A stretch of 64,000 nucleotides of DNA. Source: Eledone cirrhosa. Lineage: Eukaryota. A model generated the notes under the pieces. The model had not been told where the DNA came from, ran no database searches, and was given only the letters and a program-made list of their open reading frames with translations. Shown here in pieces: positions 45,295 through 59,348 of the stretch. The DNA is taken from assembly GCA_964016885.1 (NCBI GenBank), contig OZ024741.1:185504001-185568000 (forward strand), read 5' to 3'. The stretch's first letter is position 1. Every line of letters starts with the position of its first letter. The translations under genes were made by a program, and so were the position numbers.

Positions 45295-45478
45295 AATTGT
45301 TTCTACTCTTGGCACAATGCCAGCAATTACTCCAGTGCATTACTGGTGTTTTTATATTTATCGACCCCGTAAGTATGAAAGGCAAAGCTAACCTCGGCGG
45401 GATTTGAAATCAGAACGTAAAGGGCCATTACTCTATGCTGCAAAACATGGTGTCTGACGCTCTACTGATACTACCAAT
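45295..45478 (-). mobile_element. SINE family 1
   Basis: Homologous to 33240-33426. Confidence 0.85.
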
Positions 45479-45681
45479 GCAATTAATAATATCGAATGCA
45501 CACACACATGTACATATATGCACATAGACAGTTATATTTTGTTAAAAGGATTTACAAATTATTTGTTTCACTCTTATTTAGATATCATACATAGAAATGC
45601 AACACATAAACAAACCATGATCAGCATCCATCAGTCCAAGAAGAGATATTTTGATAAATGGTTTTCAAGAAAATGAAGCAA

Positions 45682-45759
<78 letters not shown>

Positions 45760-46205
45760 TCACACACACACTCACGGACATACACACTCACACACAAACA
45801 CCCACACGTACAATGAATATGGAGAAACACGTATTTACAATCTCCTTGCCATCAATAGCAAAACAAAGGAGTTTCTTGATATTAGATGACAAATGCAAAT
45901 TTGAAACACATAAGATATTTTCACGCGTGTTACATTGGTATCACCGCGATGGTAACTTACTTTCCTTTGCCAATCACTGTGCAGATTTCAAGGCCCAGAA
46001 AAAGATATACCTCGCTTTGCTGTCCCAGGCACTCATTTGATTTCTCCTGTCTTTATGTTGTCGTGAAGGCTCATATGGCTGTGGCTTCATGGCATTGAGC
46101 ATCTTTTTAACAGTAATTAGTCCCCTCCCGACACAACCCGGGAACCTAAACACACACATATGTATATTGTATATATATACATATATATACATACACACTC
46201 ACATG

Positions 46206-46277
<72 letters not shown>

Positions 46278-46278
<1 letters not shown>

Positions 46279-46471
46279 GGAACGTGTAGGACCCCGACGG
46301 CTGAGCTCAAGCCGTTTCGACGGCTAATTCTGGAAGTCCAGAATTAGCCGTCGAAACGACTTGAGCTCAGCCGTCGGGGTCCTACTCATTCCTATTACCC
46401 ACTCTACTACCCTAAGTATTGAGTACTTTGGTGCGTTATGTTCCACCTGGTTCCTTACCACATTTCCTTCG

Positions 46472-46473
<2 letters not shown>
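46278..46473. mobile_element. Foldback family C
   Basis: Palindrome centred near 46335; GAAAC..stem..GTC motif on both arms. Confidence 0.88.
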
Positions 46474-46518
<45 letters not shown>

Positions 46519-46554
46519 TGCATACATAAATGGTGTGTGTATGTATGCGTGTGT

Positions 46555-49260
46555 GAAGGTAAACCTTGTGTGAAGGACGCGGCACGATGTTACCGACGAA
46601 AGATACGTCGGCAAAGCTAGTGAGATCGGTGACCGGAGGCCTAGGCCGCCATACCTGACCGGTAAAGTGGCCTGTTGCCACCCTATGTCGTCAAACTTGA
46701 CGCTACATATCCCCTCGGCTGCTGCTCGGATACAAGTATCGAGCTCAGCGAGGAGAGATGTCTGGGTGTAGCATGGAGCGCTGCGAGTGTATAGAGTAGC
46801 TTCGGCATGGCGAAGCAGTACCTCAGCAGAAAGAGAACTGGGTGGGCGTGAATCAAGCCCAGTCGGCTCCTGAGAGTCTGGAGCTGTTGAGGCCTGGACC
46901 TGATCGTGGAGCGGATGGCTGGTGGGTGGATCGGTGACCCGAGGATGAGGACATCCTCTTTGGGGGTCACCTGAACCTGTGAGCAAGCACCATCAGGAAA
47001 TGTATAATTATTATATTTGACAAATTCGTCCTGAAGGTAGTAGTTAAAGAAAACTTTTCAACAGTCAACTTCCTAAATTGAATGGCATACTTAGACTAAA
47101 CCCAAAGTTATATGAGCTCTTCAAGAAACCAAACAACATCCCTTTGTACATCCACACCTGATCCAATGATCCATTGAACATCATCAAGTCTGCACTAATA
47201 AAAAAAAAAATGACATGAAAACAGTAACAGAGTAGATCATTAGCTGTATCAAACTAAATACTGGATGCTTTCTGTTTTTTTTTGTTTTTTTTTGTAATCC
47301 CAAACATACCCTGGTTGGAAATTGTACTAGAAACCGAAATCACAAAGCAGAAGATGGAGAAACATTCCCTCGTCTACTGTATGAAGAACATCACAGCTCA
47401 CAGCATCGAGGCTGACGTTCACCACCTCCGACTTGGCCGAGTTGACCTGGAGGCCGATTCCCGCAAGGGCAGCAATCACCGATTGAAGAACTTGGCAGAC
47501 CGTCCGTACGGGCCCGCCCAACGTAGCATCATCCAGATACCAAACTTTGAGAAGGGCCGTGATACTCCGGGCGACGTGGTCAATACCAAGGGCGAACAGG
47601 AGGGGTACCAAAGGGACGCGCTGTTGGACCCCAGTAGCCGAGGGTATGACCGTATCAGCAGCTAGGAGTATGCTCGGGGCTCCATATGACAGATAGGCCA
47701 GCGGGTAGGAAGAGGGGTCTCGGCTGAGACAGGCCTCGAGCAAATGATCTCGGCGTTAAGAGTTAAAGGCATTCTTCAATGAGGTGCCTGGAGTCCCTCG
47801 ATGCCGGTACCGGTGGGCAGCTGCTGAAGAATTGACTGATTGCATGAGAGACTCCCTCACAGCTACCAGACACGCCGACACCCAGTTGCACCGGACTAAA
47901 CTCCTCACCCAGTTCATGTGTGACGGACTTGCAGATCACCTTGGCAGCCAGCCTCCGGAAGACATTGCCACCCTCTTTCTTCCTGAGAGCGGTGAGGCTG
48001 GCCGAAAAAAAGAGGCCTCGGGCGTAAGGGTCGAGGGTACCATGAATGAGATTATTGGTGAGCGCCACAATTGCACTCAGAAGGCGGCGCCCGGCCTGAG
48101 CGGACAGTGAGGATGTCAACTCCTTGAGGTCGCCTGGTCGGAGACCATCAACACCTCCGCAGCTGCTACCTGGGAAGGACCTGATGGCGGACATGATATC
48201 TACATCAGTAACCACAAGGAGCAGGTGGGGGAGGGTGGGGGTATGGGTCTGAGATCAGTGGGTGGCTCAGGGTGTTTGAGCCGCAGAGCAGCCAGGATCT
48301 CCTCGGTGTGTTGGAGGACAGTGTCCTCTGAGGCAACAACTATGACTGCGGCCGAGACACCACCCATGATAAGCTTTGCGTTTACCTGGTCACGCAAACG
48401 CTTGGCGCTGGCCTCGGGGGTGGATGATAAGGGGTACCTGAGGGTGGGGTGTGTGGCGTCCCTGGGCACGCTTGGAATGGGCGCTCGCCCAATGACGAGA
48501 CATTGGCCTTGACGAAGGCTGCTGCTGACCGGCCGCCCCGATCAGCGCCAGAGCTGGGGAGGCCGAGGGCGAGTGGGGCGAAATAGAACAGCCGCTCCCA
48601 GTCACTGGCTCGATTGGAGTCCAGGGCGCTCTCAATCGAGGAAACGCGGGCATCAGCCACCGGCACCCGTGCGGCTCTCGGGATCCTGAGTGGGATCTTC
48701 CGGAGCCGCCTGAGCCGAGCGATGTTGACCAGCGAGACTCGGGCGTCAAGCAAGCTCGCTGTCTCATCTGGTGTGTGCCAGACGGCCGTGGCTGGGAAGA
48801 CGTGGGGAAGAGGCAGCTCCTGCATCTCCACTATGCGAGGGCATTGGAAGCTCGACGAGTCAAGCCAACGCAGGTGAGGCGGTGGAAGCAGCCGCACCCC
48901 AAACAGTTCCGGCCCCTCTTCCGTTTGTTAGTAGTGCCGCAAGTGCTGCAGGTGTCGATTTGGAGGGGTGGGGATGGGGCATGGGGCCGGGGACTGGGGC
49001 AGCGAGCGGCATCAGGGGTGGGTGGCTGGCGTGTGTGGTTGGAAGGGAAAGTGCTGGTAAGAGGGCAGCATAGCTCACCTATATATATGGAGGTGCCATT
49101 AAACGAGAGCGAAAAGGGGCTGCATGGAGGGGGAGACACAGGAAGGTAGAATGGCAGTAAATGAATGAGTGAATGGATGGATTGCACAAAAAGGGGGGGG
49201 GGGCAAGCGGTTGTTCCCAGCGGAAAGACCCAGAATTCAGCACGCACACATGCGAGCAAC
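46555..49260 (-). mobile_element. CRE-like non-LTR retrotransposon, frameshifted and 3'-truncated
   Basis: GC-rich island. Motifs: Cys/His-rich N-terminus, GGVDGLRP, QLGVG, GVQQ..PLLFAL, WYLDD, LLRYC..PKLLY, WQQATLPVRYGGLGLR. Confidence 0.85.
46990..47390 (+). mobile_element. Old PLE fragment nested in the CRE-like element
   Basis: AT-rich interruption; reads TVNFL..KKPNNIPLYIH..SN.P..IIKS (PLE thumb). Confidence 0.6.
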
Positions 49261-49589
49261 TGAGCAGTTTGTCAAAGACGATATTCTCAATGGACGCGCT
49301 TACAATATTTGAATATAACTGAACCGTCTTGTCATTTAATTTGAAAAGTGGAGCAAAGTAAAAGGAAAATAATGAATTGGAAGTGTCAATCCCTTGCGAT
49401 TCTTTTTTTTTTTCTTCTTCTTCTTTCTTCTTCCAATACCTGACTTATAGTTTTCCAGAATTTATACTCATTTTTTTTTTTTTTTTTTCCTTCAAAAGGA
49501 TGGAGGCGTTTTATCTCCTCATGAAACTGACATTACTTAATGACTGAATCTTAACCAGCTACCATGTCAGGGTATGTCATACATCATCT

Positions 49590-49656
49590 TATTTTATCTG
49601 ATGAGGACGTGCTGTTGAAGTTAACTCAGTGCCTCTGGAATATGTATAATAAAATA
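49590..49656 (+). ncRNA. Degenerate hammerhead related to families B/E
   Basis: tattttat CTGATGA..GGAA tatgta TA ataaaata; GAAA mutated to GGAA. Confidence 0.6.
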
Positions 49657-49821
49657 TACTTGATCACAAGAATATCTATTTTGTTAATATTTTGAATTAA
49701 TATTAATAACTCCGGGAAACCATAACTTTTGAGTGCTTCCAATCTATTGTAAAACTCATTCTTTGATTTATTCATTGAACCATGTTTAACCTATAAATAT
49801 ATATATATATACATATATATA

Positions 49822-49882
<61 letters not shown>

Positions 49883-50030
49883 ACGAATGAAATTGTTTTA
49901 TTACCCTCGAAATCAATTATATATATATATATATGTGTGTGTCTGTGTGTGTGTGTGTATGTGCGTGTGCATATGTGTACACCCAAACATGTGTACACAT
50001 ACGCACACGCACATACACAAACACACACAG

Positions 50031-50076
<46 letters not shown>

Positions 50077-50559
50077 GATTTCGAGGGTAATAAAACAATT
50101 TCATTCGTACATCACTTCGTTGGTATATTGTTGCCTGACCATCGTATAATGCCCCCAAATACTGACTAACCGAAGTGGAATGCATGCTCATCTACGTTTT
50201 GCGGAAGGGGTAAATCCCGCTGTTCAGAAAATTAATCAGTAACCAGCATCCACTTCATGGTGTCCTCGGAATGCCATCACTAATAATGTACAGTCATGCA
50301 CTGCATCTAATACACATGTGAAATGCACTCAAGAACAACAACGGCGATGATAACGAGAGCGTAGCACAACCTGTGTGATCACATTCCATGCAATATGTCA
50401 TTCCGCAGCTCATCTCATTAACCTAGATACAATTTTGTGTCAGTCGCAGACAATGGTTGGGTGCCAGGCATCAACAATGCTTCCAGGCGTTCACACCACA
50501 TTGTCAACTGAACAACGTAATATTTAAAGTGTTAGTGGGTGGTAACAGCTCTGTGTTTC

Positions 50560-51450
50560 GATGAAAATAGTCTGATCAGGTTCTTCTGAGGGACTTTCAT
50601 TTCGGTATTTATGGACAATTTCTAGAAATCTTTGGCATGGCAGTGCTTCAGAGGAGCACTACCAGTTCCAGACAAGCTCTACATGCACGAGATGGCCAAC
50701 AGCTGGACCTGTTCGAGATGTACGCAGGGCAACGGAACTGTCCTGTATGCTAGCACAGTGCACGTGGAATGCAGAGTTGTGTGCTTGTGTAGGACAACTG
50801 CTATCATGTGTATGACAAATCCGATTTACGGCTGTGTCTATAATGAAAACTGAACGACCAATTTCTTTTAGAAAGGAGACGTGTGAAGTCTTCCTCTGCC
50901 TGATAGCTATGACGAAGGAAACTATTTGATGGACACGCCTAAAAAATTGAGGACATGAATATTTCTCTCCAAGGTATCCCTCATCAACTTCCAGATTCAC
51001 TTGAGGAGAGAGATGAAGGTACTGCCTTCTAGATCTTTTTTTAAGAGATGGGTGAGAGGGAAGAGATTGTTATGGCTGAATGGGCCTACGATGACTATAC
51101 CTTTGTGAGCTGGAGGAAGGAAACTGTGTGAGTGCTCTTTCATTACCCGGGAGGTAACAGAGTAAACCTGACCTTTTTGGGGGATGTCTCTAAAGTTACC
51201 CTAAAGTGGAGTTCTCCCCATTATTGGGAAAATGTTTCACGCTGACATTTATGAATTGTTACTGTTTTCTAGTATTATGTATATTTATTCCAAATCCCAT
51301 AATTGCTGTCTCAGTTGTCTTATGTTCAGTGGGGTCCTTTTTCCTTCACTCGAAGAACAACCCAATCTATTTTACTCCTTTGTCTTTTTATTGTCCCCAA
51401 TATTTTGAGTCCTCATGGAGTTTCACTGGTGTAATTTTGTTTGATGATCC
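50560..51450 (+). mobile_element. L1/Tx1-type LINE 3' fragment (zf-RVT-like region)
   Basis: KSLAWQCFRGALPVPDKL..TCSRC..TVLYA..C resembles the L1/Tx1 C-terminal cysteine-rich domain; heavily decayed. Confidence 0.6.
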
Positions 51451-51589
51451 TGTGAGTACTCATTTGAAATTCCAGCGTAAAATGATTCATCACTTAGCCA
51501 TAACGAAAATTATAACTAAACTCTACTTAGTTATTACGTATTCATTCTCAAGTCCATCAAAATCACACGGTTTGCAAGAGATGTCAACA

Positions 51590-51800
51590 TGAATGGACCT
51601 GTTATTTTTATCTAAAGACATTTTTACCAATTCCAACCCACCCGTCCCCTCAATCTATCTTATTTCTCATTCTTTCTTCTGAGGAAGGACTAGCGTCCAA
51701 AACGTTAAGACCCTCTTCTTGCTATATCAAGCTTTAACCTAATATATCCCTTCCATATATTGTACCGATTGTGTTGTTATTTCTGTTTACATTTTACATA
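51590..51800 (+). mobile_element. Short repeat family M with decayed minimal hammerhead
   Basis: tctt CTGAGGA aggac-tagc-gtcc AAAA cgtt aaga; second copy at 55862-56068 with CTGATGA. Confidence 0.75.
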
Positions 51801-51815
51801 TATATATATATGTAT

Positions 51816-51928
<113 letters not shown>

Positions 51929-52096
51929 GTATTTAAATTCCCGACCGTGGCAGCACCGAACGGTATCAGCTTGGCACCGCGGCTAGTATTTTACATATCT
52001 CTATACCAACTCTGCCTCTCCTCATGAATCGAGTACTCTAATTAGTGGCCTCCTCGGTTTCTTCAGCACCGCAGATTCTCTCTCTCTCTTTCTCTC

Positions 52097-52172
<76 letters not shown>

Positions 52173-54029
52173 TGTGTTTGTGTGCGTGTATATGCGTGCA
52201 TGTGTGTCAATGTGTGTGTGCTTGTTTGTGCATGCCAGCGTTTGAGTGTGTGTGTGTGTCTATGCATGCATATATATCTGAATATCTGAGCACATATACG
52301 AGAGAGAAAGCGAAATGAAGAGATACTCAGAGAAGGAAAATCTAGAGTGTTAATGAAAAGAATGAGAACTAAACTCATGATATGTTTTGCAATATGCACA
52401 TCTTCATTTTCTGCACACAGGCACGAACACACGTACACAGATATTACACTACACTACGGAAAATAAAGACATGCATTGGTACTAGATAGAATGAGATGGG
52501 AGAGACATCAGTACATATATAGAAAGGGGGCTGAAGAAAGCAACAGAAATAGAGACAGAGATAGTCAGCTATTACTGCTGATAATTCCTAGCACTAAATC
52601 CCTGCAGTGGTTGCAAATATTAGATGTACATTTACATTGCAAGGGACGTAACTAACATGGCTTGTGCATTTTTCTAAATATATAAAATTGTAGTAAACTC
52701 TAATAACGTATGAAGTAACCATTATATCATAATTATCATTATCATTGTAGGATAAAAGTTAATGATAGATCGATTGTAATCCCACATGCTAATATGTGTG
52801 CCTTTGAACATACGGCAGAAGATATTATATTTGTTATTAATACTCTCATATAAATGAAGTCTGATTAGGGATATTGACCCTGCAGAAATGATTGCCGTTA
52901 AAATGCATGATACCGTTAGATATGCACACACAGGCAAACACACACACGCACACACGCACACACACACGCACACACACACACACACACACATATGTGTATG
53001 TGCGTGTATATATATATATGTATGTGCGTGTATATATATATATGTATGTGCGTGTATATATATATATGTATGTGCGTGTATATATCTATATATACACATA
53101 CACATATATATGTGTCTGAATTTGTGTGTGTTTGTATCTGTGTGTGTGCATATCCATGGTAGCATGAATGTTTGTCTACATATATACGTGCGCGTAAGTG
53201 TCTATGTGTGTGTCTGTATTTTAAAAATTATAAGCGATAGAGTATTACACGTTTTTTAATTCAAAGTATATATGCATAAATATGAATCCAACAAAGAGTA
53301 CCTCAATACTTCATTGGTCGAGTATTTAAAGATTCAGACGAAGGGCGTGTAGGTATGTTGTTCAGAATCTTCACTTTGTGATTGATATCAAATCTACTGA
53401 GGTCAAAACTTTCACTCAATGGGTTAAAACATAATGTATCTAGGCTAGTGGGTTTGCAAAAAATGTTAGAGCGTTGGACAAAATGCTTAACAACATATTT
53501 TCTGTCTCATTATGCTCTGGGTACTGAAGCAGTTGTAATTATCTTCTCTCTAGTATATACATTAATCGAATGAAAAGAACGAGAATCTAGCTTTGTATAC
53601 TACTACAAAATATTTAGAGCAGAAAAGCATATCTGGTGGTACACAAAAAAACCCCAAAAAAACGGATACTATACAAAAACTTGTTTTCTCTCTGTTATAG
53701 ATTGTTGACATTAAAAGAAATAAACCCAAACCATCAATTTGGAATAAATAACTTGCCATATACCTGAGTTATCTATTACATTGATCGTGATTGGGTTTTT
53801 ACCTGTCTCAGATTAGTTGCACCTGTATATCTAATTCATGAAAATATCTTATTTCCACCGTATTCTTGCATGATTTATTGGCAATTCTTCTGTCAATTGT
53901 CAATCGGTTTCTAATAATTTATAAAGTTAGAGAGAATCATATGTCGAGTTGAACGATATGTTCTGACGTTTCGATCAGGGTGAAGTTCTACTACTAAATG
54001 AGAAGTTGTTGGTGTAGTTACTGTTTAGC

Positions 54030-54600
54030 CGTATGTCAGTCATGAACAATCAAACCTCTTATCAAATGAATTCGAGGCATGAAATTCTTGGTCTTAATTT
54101 ATGTGACTTGTGGCGAAATAGATGGTCATATGATGCGATGTTTCTTTTTCGAAGACGGTTGACTGAGCTCACAGGTAGATTGTCTGTTATTTCTAGCAGA
54201 TTGTGTGACACCGTAGATGCTCTCTTCTTCAGTCGAGGAAATGAGATGATTGATAGTCGGCTGTAAATGTATTTGTTGAATGCCAACTTTATGAATATTT
54301 TAAGATGTCTATATGTTTTAAGATCAATAACCTCGTAACCAGACATGAAATCATTTCATATAATTACATCTCAATATATTGAATTACTTCGAAAGATCAC
54401 TTTCCCTCTGAAGTTCAAATTTTAAAATGGACGACTTTCGTTTAATTTAATATTTCATTTTAAAGTCATTAGAATATCAACTTCTGCCAAATTCTTGCGG
54501 TGAGACACTCGACTATAGTCTTCCTCCAATCCACCATGACATATCTGACATTGGATCTACCTATATGAGAGATCAATATTATATAAAAGGCAAAATAACG
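54030..54600 (-). mobile_element. Possible very old RTE-like LINE remnant
   Basis: ITDNLPVSS..RKRNIASYDHLFRH resembles the RTE C-terminus; weak. Confidence 0.35.
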
Positions 54601-54782
54601 TAAAGAAAATCGCTTCACAACCATTTCATTGAAATTATTTGGAAGACGATCAGATGGATGCTACCAATCTTGTCCCACACTGCTATCCTGAATCTCAGCA
54701 AGTATCAGGTTAAGTAAAAGAGGTCATGCTCCTGGAATACCTGGAATACATAGGGCCCGACAGAGCTCCATTTATATATTGT

Positions 54783-54876
54783 CTTCTTCTTCTTCTTCTT
54801 CTTCTTCTTCTTCTTCTTCTTCTTCTTCTTCTTCTTCTTCTTCTTCTTCTTCTTCTTCTTCTTCTTCTTCTTCTTC
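54783..54876. repeat. (CTT)n microsatellite
   Basis: Direct reading. Confidence 0.95.
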
Positions 54877-55602
54877 AAGTTCGTTTTTTTTTCCTGAGAG
54901 GGTCCTGGGAACAGAGTCCCCAAACACACCTTGCAGGAGATCGAGGGTCTACCCATAGGTCACCTGCTGGTTGATTTTGCCCGTAAAATCCGTCCAGCGA
55001 TTCTTTCCTGAAACATTCTAACCACATGCCCACTGTATCGGAGCTGACTCAGAGACATATAAAGGGATATTTAGGACTATTGCTGTTTATGCGCTCATCC
55101 TGATACCCTTTTTCAGGTGTTTATTTTTCGTTTCACGTTTGTACAGTCTCCTAAATCTACGATTTCGGCATCATACGTGATGGATTATCCCAGATAGTTT
55201 AACCGATGGACCAAGTTCAGTTTAGTCTCATCAGTGGTGAAAATCGGGGAGGACTGTACTCTTCCCAAGGTGCAGGATAGGAGAGTAACTCCATCCCCTT
55301 TCAGCTGACTTCAAGTCCAAATAGCTGGGCAGCCTCTATGTAGTTGGAAGTGATGCACTGCAATGCTCTTTATGTGTGGGCAAAGAAAGTAGCACTGTCG
55401 TCTCTTGGTGTGAGCCTGTAGTCGACGAAGATTAAAGAGGCAGTCATCACGACGATATCTGATATAGACTCTGTACACATCATCAAGATCTGTAGTCTAT
55501 TTGAGTAGCGTGCTGAAGATTCATTCCGTTGATTATCGGGAAGGGTTCTAAGAGCTCGCTGCAGAGTTTGACGTGGCTACACTATGTGTATATATATTAT
55601 AT

Positions 55603-55822
55603 AGTGAAGGCGTGTGGCGGAGTGGTTAGAGAATTGGGTTCGCAATCGTAAGGTTGTGAGTTCGATTCCTGGACCAGGCGATGCGTTATGTCCTTGAGCA
55701 AGACACTTTATTTCACGTTGCTCCTTCTACGTGGAGTTGCGACCGATAGATAGTATTAGCAATTGGAAAGACCAACGGAAACATTGTTCCCTCGGTCCGA
55801 TTTGACGAAAGTCGATCGTTCC
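55603..55822 (+). mobile_element. SINE family 2
   Basis: Homologous to 28697-28909; A and B boxes present. Confidence 0.88.
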
Positions 55823-55859
<37 letters not shown>

Positions 55860-55861
55860 GT

Positions 55862-56170
<309 letters not shown>

Positions 56171-56324
56171 GTAAAGGTTACAGACATTTCTATGCTTCAT
56201 AAGTTCATTCTGTCATTACAACAGTCGAAGCCCGATGACCTCTTGATTCCAGAGTCGAGCCTAATTGATACAGATCGAACCTTTATAAATATATGTGTGT
56301 ATGAGCGTGAGTGTGTGTGTGTGT

Positions 56325-58168
56325 ACACATGTACGACGCCCTGCCATACAGTTTAAAAAATCACACAGTTTGTTTGTCTATAGTAGTAAAAATCACACAG
56401 TTTGTTTGTCTGTCGTAGTAAAAATCACACAGTTTGTTTGTCTATAGTAGTAAAAATCACACAGTTTGTTTGTCTATAGTAGTAAAAATCACACAGTTTG
56501 TTTGTCTATAGTAGTAAAAATCACACAGTTTGTTTGTCTATAGTAGTAAAAATCACACAGTTTGTTTGTCTATAGTAGTAAAAATCACACAGTTTGTTTG
56601 TCTATAGTAGTAAAAATCACACAGTTTGTTTGTCTATAGTAGTAAAAATCACACAGTTTGTTTGTCTATAGTAGTAAAAATCCCACAGTTTGTTTGTCTA
56701 TAGTAGTAAAAATCACACAGTTTGTTTGTCTATAGTAGTAAAAATCACACATTTTTTTGTCTATAGTAGTAAAAATCACACAGTTTGTTTGTCTATAGTA
56801 GTAAAAATCCCACAGTTTTTTTGTCTATAGTAGTAAAAATCACACAGTTTGTTTGTCTATAGTAGTAAAAATCACACAGTTTGTTTGTGTATAGTAGTAA
56901 AAATCACACAGTTTGTTTGTCTATAGTAGTAAAAATCACACAGTTTGTTTGTCTATAGTAGTAAAAATCACACAGTTTGTTTGTCTATAGTAGTAAAAAT
57001 CACACAGTTCGTTTGTCTATAGTAGTAAAAATCCCACAGTTTGTTTGTCTATAGTAGTAAAAATCACACAGTTTGTTTGTCTATAGTAGTAAAAATCACA
57101 CAGTTTGTTTGTCTATAGTAGTAAAAATCACACAGTTTGTTTGTCTATAGTAGTAAAAATCACACAGTTCGTTTGTCTATAGTAGTAAACATCCCATAGT
57201 TTTTTTGTCTATAGTAGTAAAAATCACACAGTTTGTTTGTCTATAGTAGTAAAAATCACACAGTTTGTTTGTCTATAGTAGTAAAATTCACACAGTTTTT
57301 TTTGTCTATAGTAGTAAAAATCACACAGTTTGTTTGTCTATAGTAGTAAAAATCACACAGTTTGTTTGTCTATAGTAGTAAACATCCCATAGTTTTTTTG
57401 TCTATAGTAGTAAAAATCACACAGTTTGTTTGTCTATAGTAGTAAAAATCACAGTTTGTTTGTCTATAGTAGTAAAAATCACACAGTTTGTTTGTCTATA
57501 GTAGTAAAAATCCCACAGTTTTTTTGTCTATAGTAGTAAAAATCCCACAGTTTGTTTGTCTATAGTAGTAAAAATCACACAGTTTGTTTGTCTATAGTAG
57601 TAAAAATCACACAGTTTGTTTGTGTATAGTAGTAAAAATCCCACAGTTTGTTTGTCTATAGTAGTAACAATCACATAGTTTGTTTGTCTATAGTAGTAAA
57701 AATCACACAGTTTGTTTGTCTATAGTAGTAAAAATCACACAGTTTGTTTGTCTATAGTAGTGAAAATCACACAGTTTGTTTGTCTATAGTAGTAAAAATC
57801 CCACAGTTTTTTTGTCTATAGTAGTAAAAATCACACAGTTTGTTTGTCTATAGTAGTAAAAATCACACAGTTTGTTTGTCTATAGTAGTAAAAATCACAC
57901 AGTTTGTTTGTCTATAGTAGTAAAAATCACACAGTTTGTTTGTCTATAGTAGTAAAAATCACACAGTTTGTTTGTCTATAGTAGTAAAAATCACACAGTT
58001 TGTTTGTCTATAGTAGTAAAAATCACACAGTTTGTTTGTATATAGTAGTAAAAATCACACAGTTTGTTTGTCTATAGTAGTAAAAATCTTGCTGAAGTGG
58101 CTATATAGTAAAATCGAACGCGGAGCAACGTGATTGCGCAGCATACTCTTTAATTACACACTCATAGG
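56325..58168 (-). mobile_element. Diverged tRNA-derived SINE (family 3) hosting the array
   Basis: Minus 58168->58089 has a tRNA-like head with B-box-like gttcgatt; the left flank tacgacg..cagttt matches the recalled tail of octopus OK-type SINEs. Confidence 0.6.
56356..58088. repeat. 32-bp tandem array, about 54 units (aaaaatcacacagtttgtttgtctatagtagt)
   Basis: Direct reading; no spacers; few point variants. Confidence 0.97.
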
Positions 58169-59181
58169 TTAATAAGTCCAAAGTATTATAATCTTATTAA
58201 TAACTCGCGGCTCATTTACAGCCTGTATTAACTGACTTTACTGATGCAGATAGATTTCCACTTGTATCTTTTTTTATTGTGAATCGGTTGTTGCTGTTTT
58301 CCTAATGATATTTAACATAACAATATATCGATGTTTCTCCTAGACGGCAAACTGATTATGAATAAATGATGAATTACAACGATGTTCCTAGTTTCTTTCT
58401 TTTTCTATTTTTTAAAGCAATACGAATATAAAACATCATACCTTTGTAAATACCAAACAATTTCAGATCGGAAAAAAAAAAATAATAAACCCACTGACAC
58501 GCCTTGCACCCTGTGTATGACTCTGGCTGGATGAACATGTTATTGATTTCACTATACTGATTTGCATCAAACATGCGTATATACAACCATGTTTTCTCCG
58601 CACTCTCGGACACAAACACCCTGATAAGAGGAAATACAAGTAATGAATTGTTCCATCGATTTATTGTTCCGCTTAATTTATACAAGTGCCAATTGAAACT
58701 TGTAATAATCTATAAACACATTTTATACATTTAAAATGCAGCTGTACACAAATTAAACATAATGATTTCCAACAAACGAAGGAAGCCACAAATTGTATGA
58801 TAGGAGATATAGTTGATGACATTAAATCCATACTCGTTTGGTATTTTAGTTTATTGGCCCCAGAAGATTGGTGAAGGAAGTCAAGAGACATAAACGTAAA
58901 GTTACTTTATGAAGCACTATTAGATAACTTTTCTGGCGCCCAACCGACTTTACCATGACCCGACCTTTTATATCTATAAATTTAGCTAACGTTACAGTCT
59001 ATATATCATAGTTCTATTTTATAGGAATAGCTTGCAGATCTCCCTCTTATCACATCTTCCCATCTTCAAACATGATACACTTTTCCTGGGCTCCATGCAC
59101 ATATGTAGAAAATAGAATGGTCAACAAAGGGTCTAGGATCGAGATGATTGCTGACTTGTGACTAAATAAAACAACTATATA

Positions 59182-59348
59182 TAATTGTTTCTACTTTTGG
59201 CACAAGGCCAGCAATTATCCCAATGCATTACTGGTACTTTATTTTATCGACCCCGTAAGGATGAAAGGCAAACTTAATCTCCGCGGGATTTGAACTCAAA
59301 CCGTAAAGGGACGTAACTCTATTCTGGAAAGCATGGTGATACTACCAA
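59182..59348 (-). mobile_element. SINE family 1
   Basis: Homologous to 33240-33426. Confidence 0.85.

Noticed and set aside
56356-58088. CRISPR array
   Set aside because: Units are contiguous with no unique spacers, there are no cas genes, and the context is eukaryotic.
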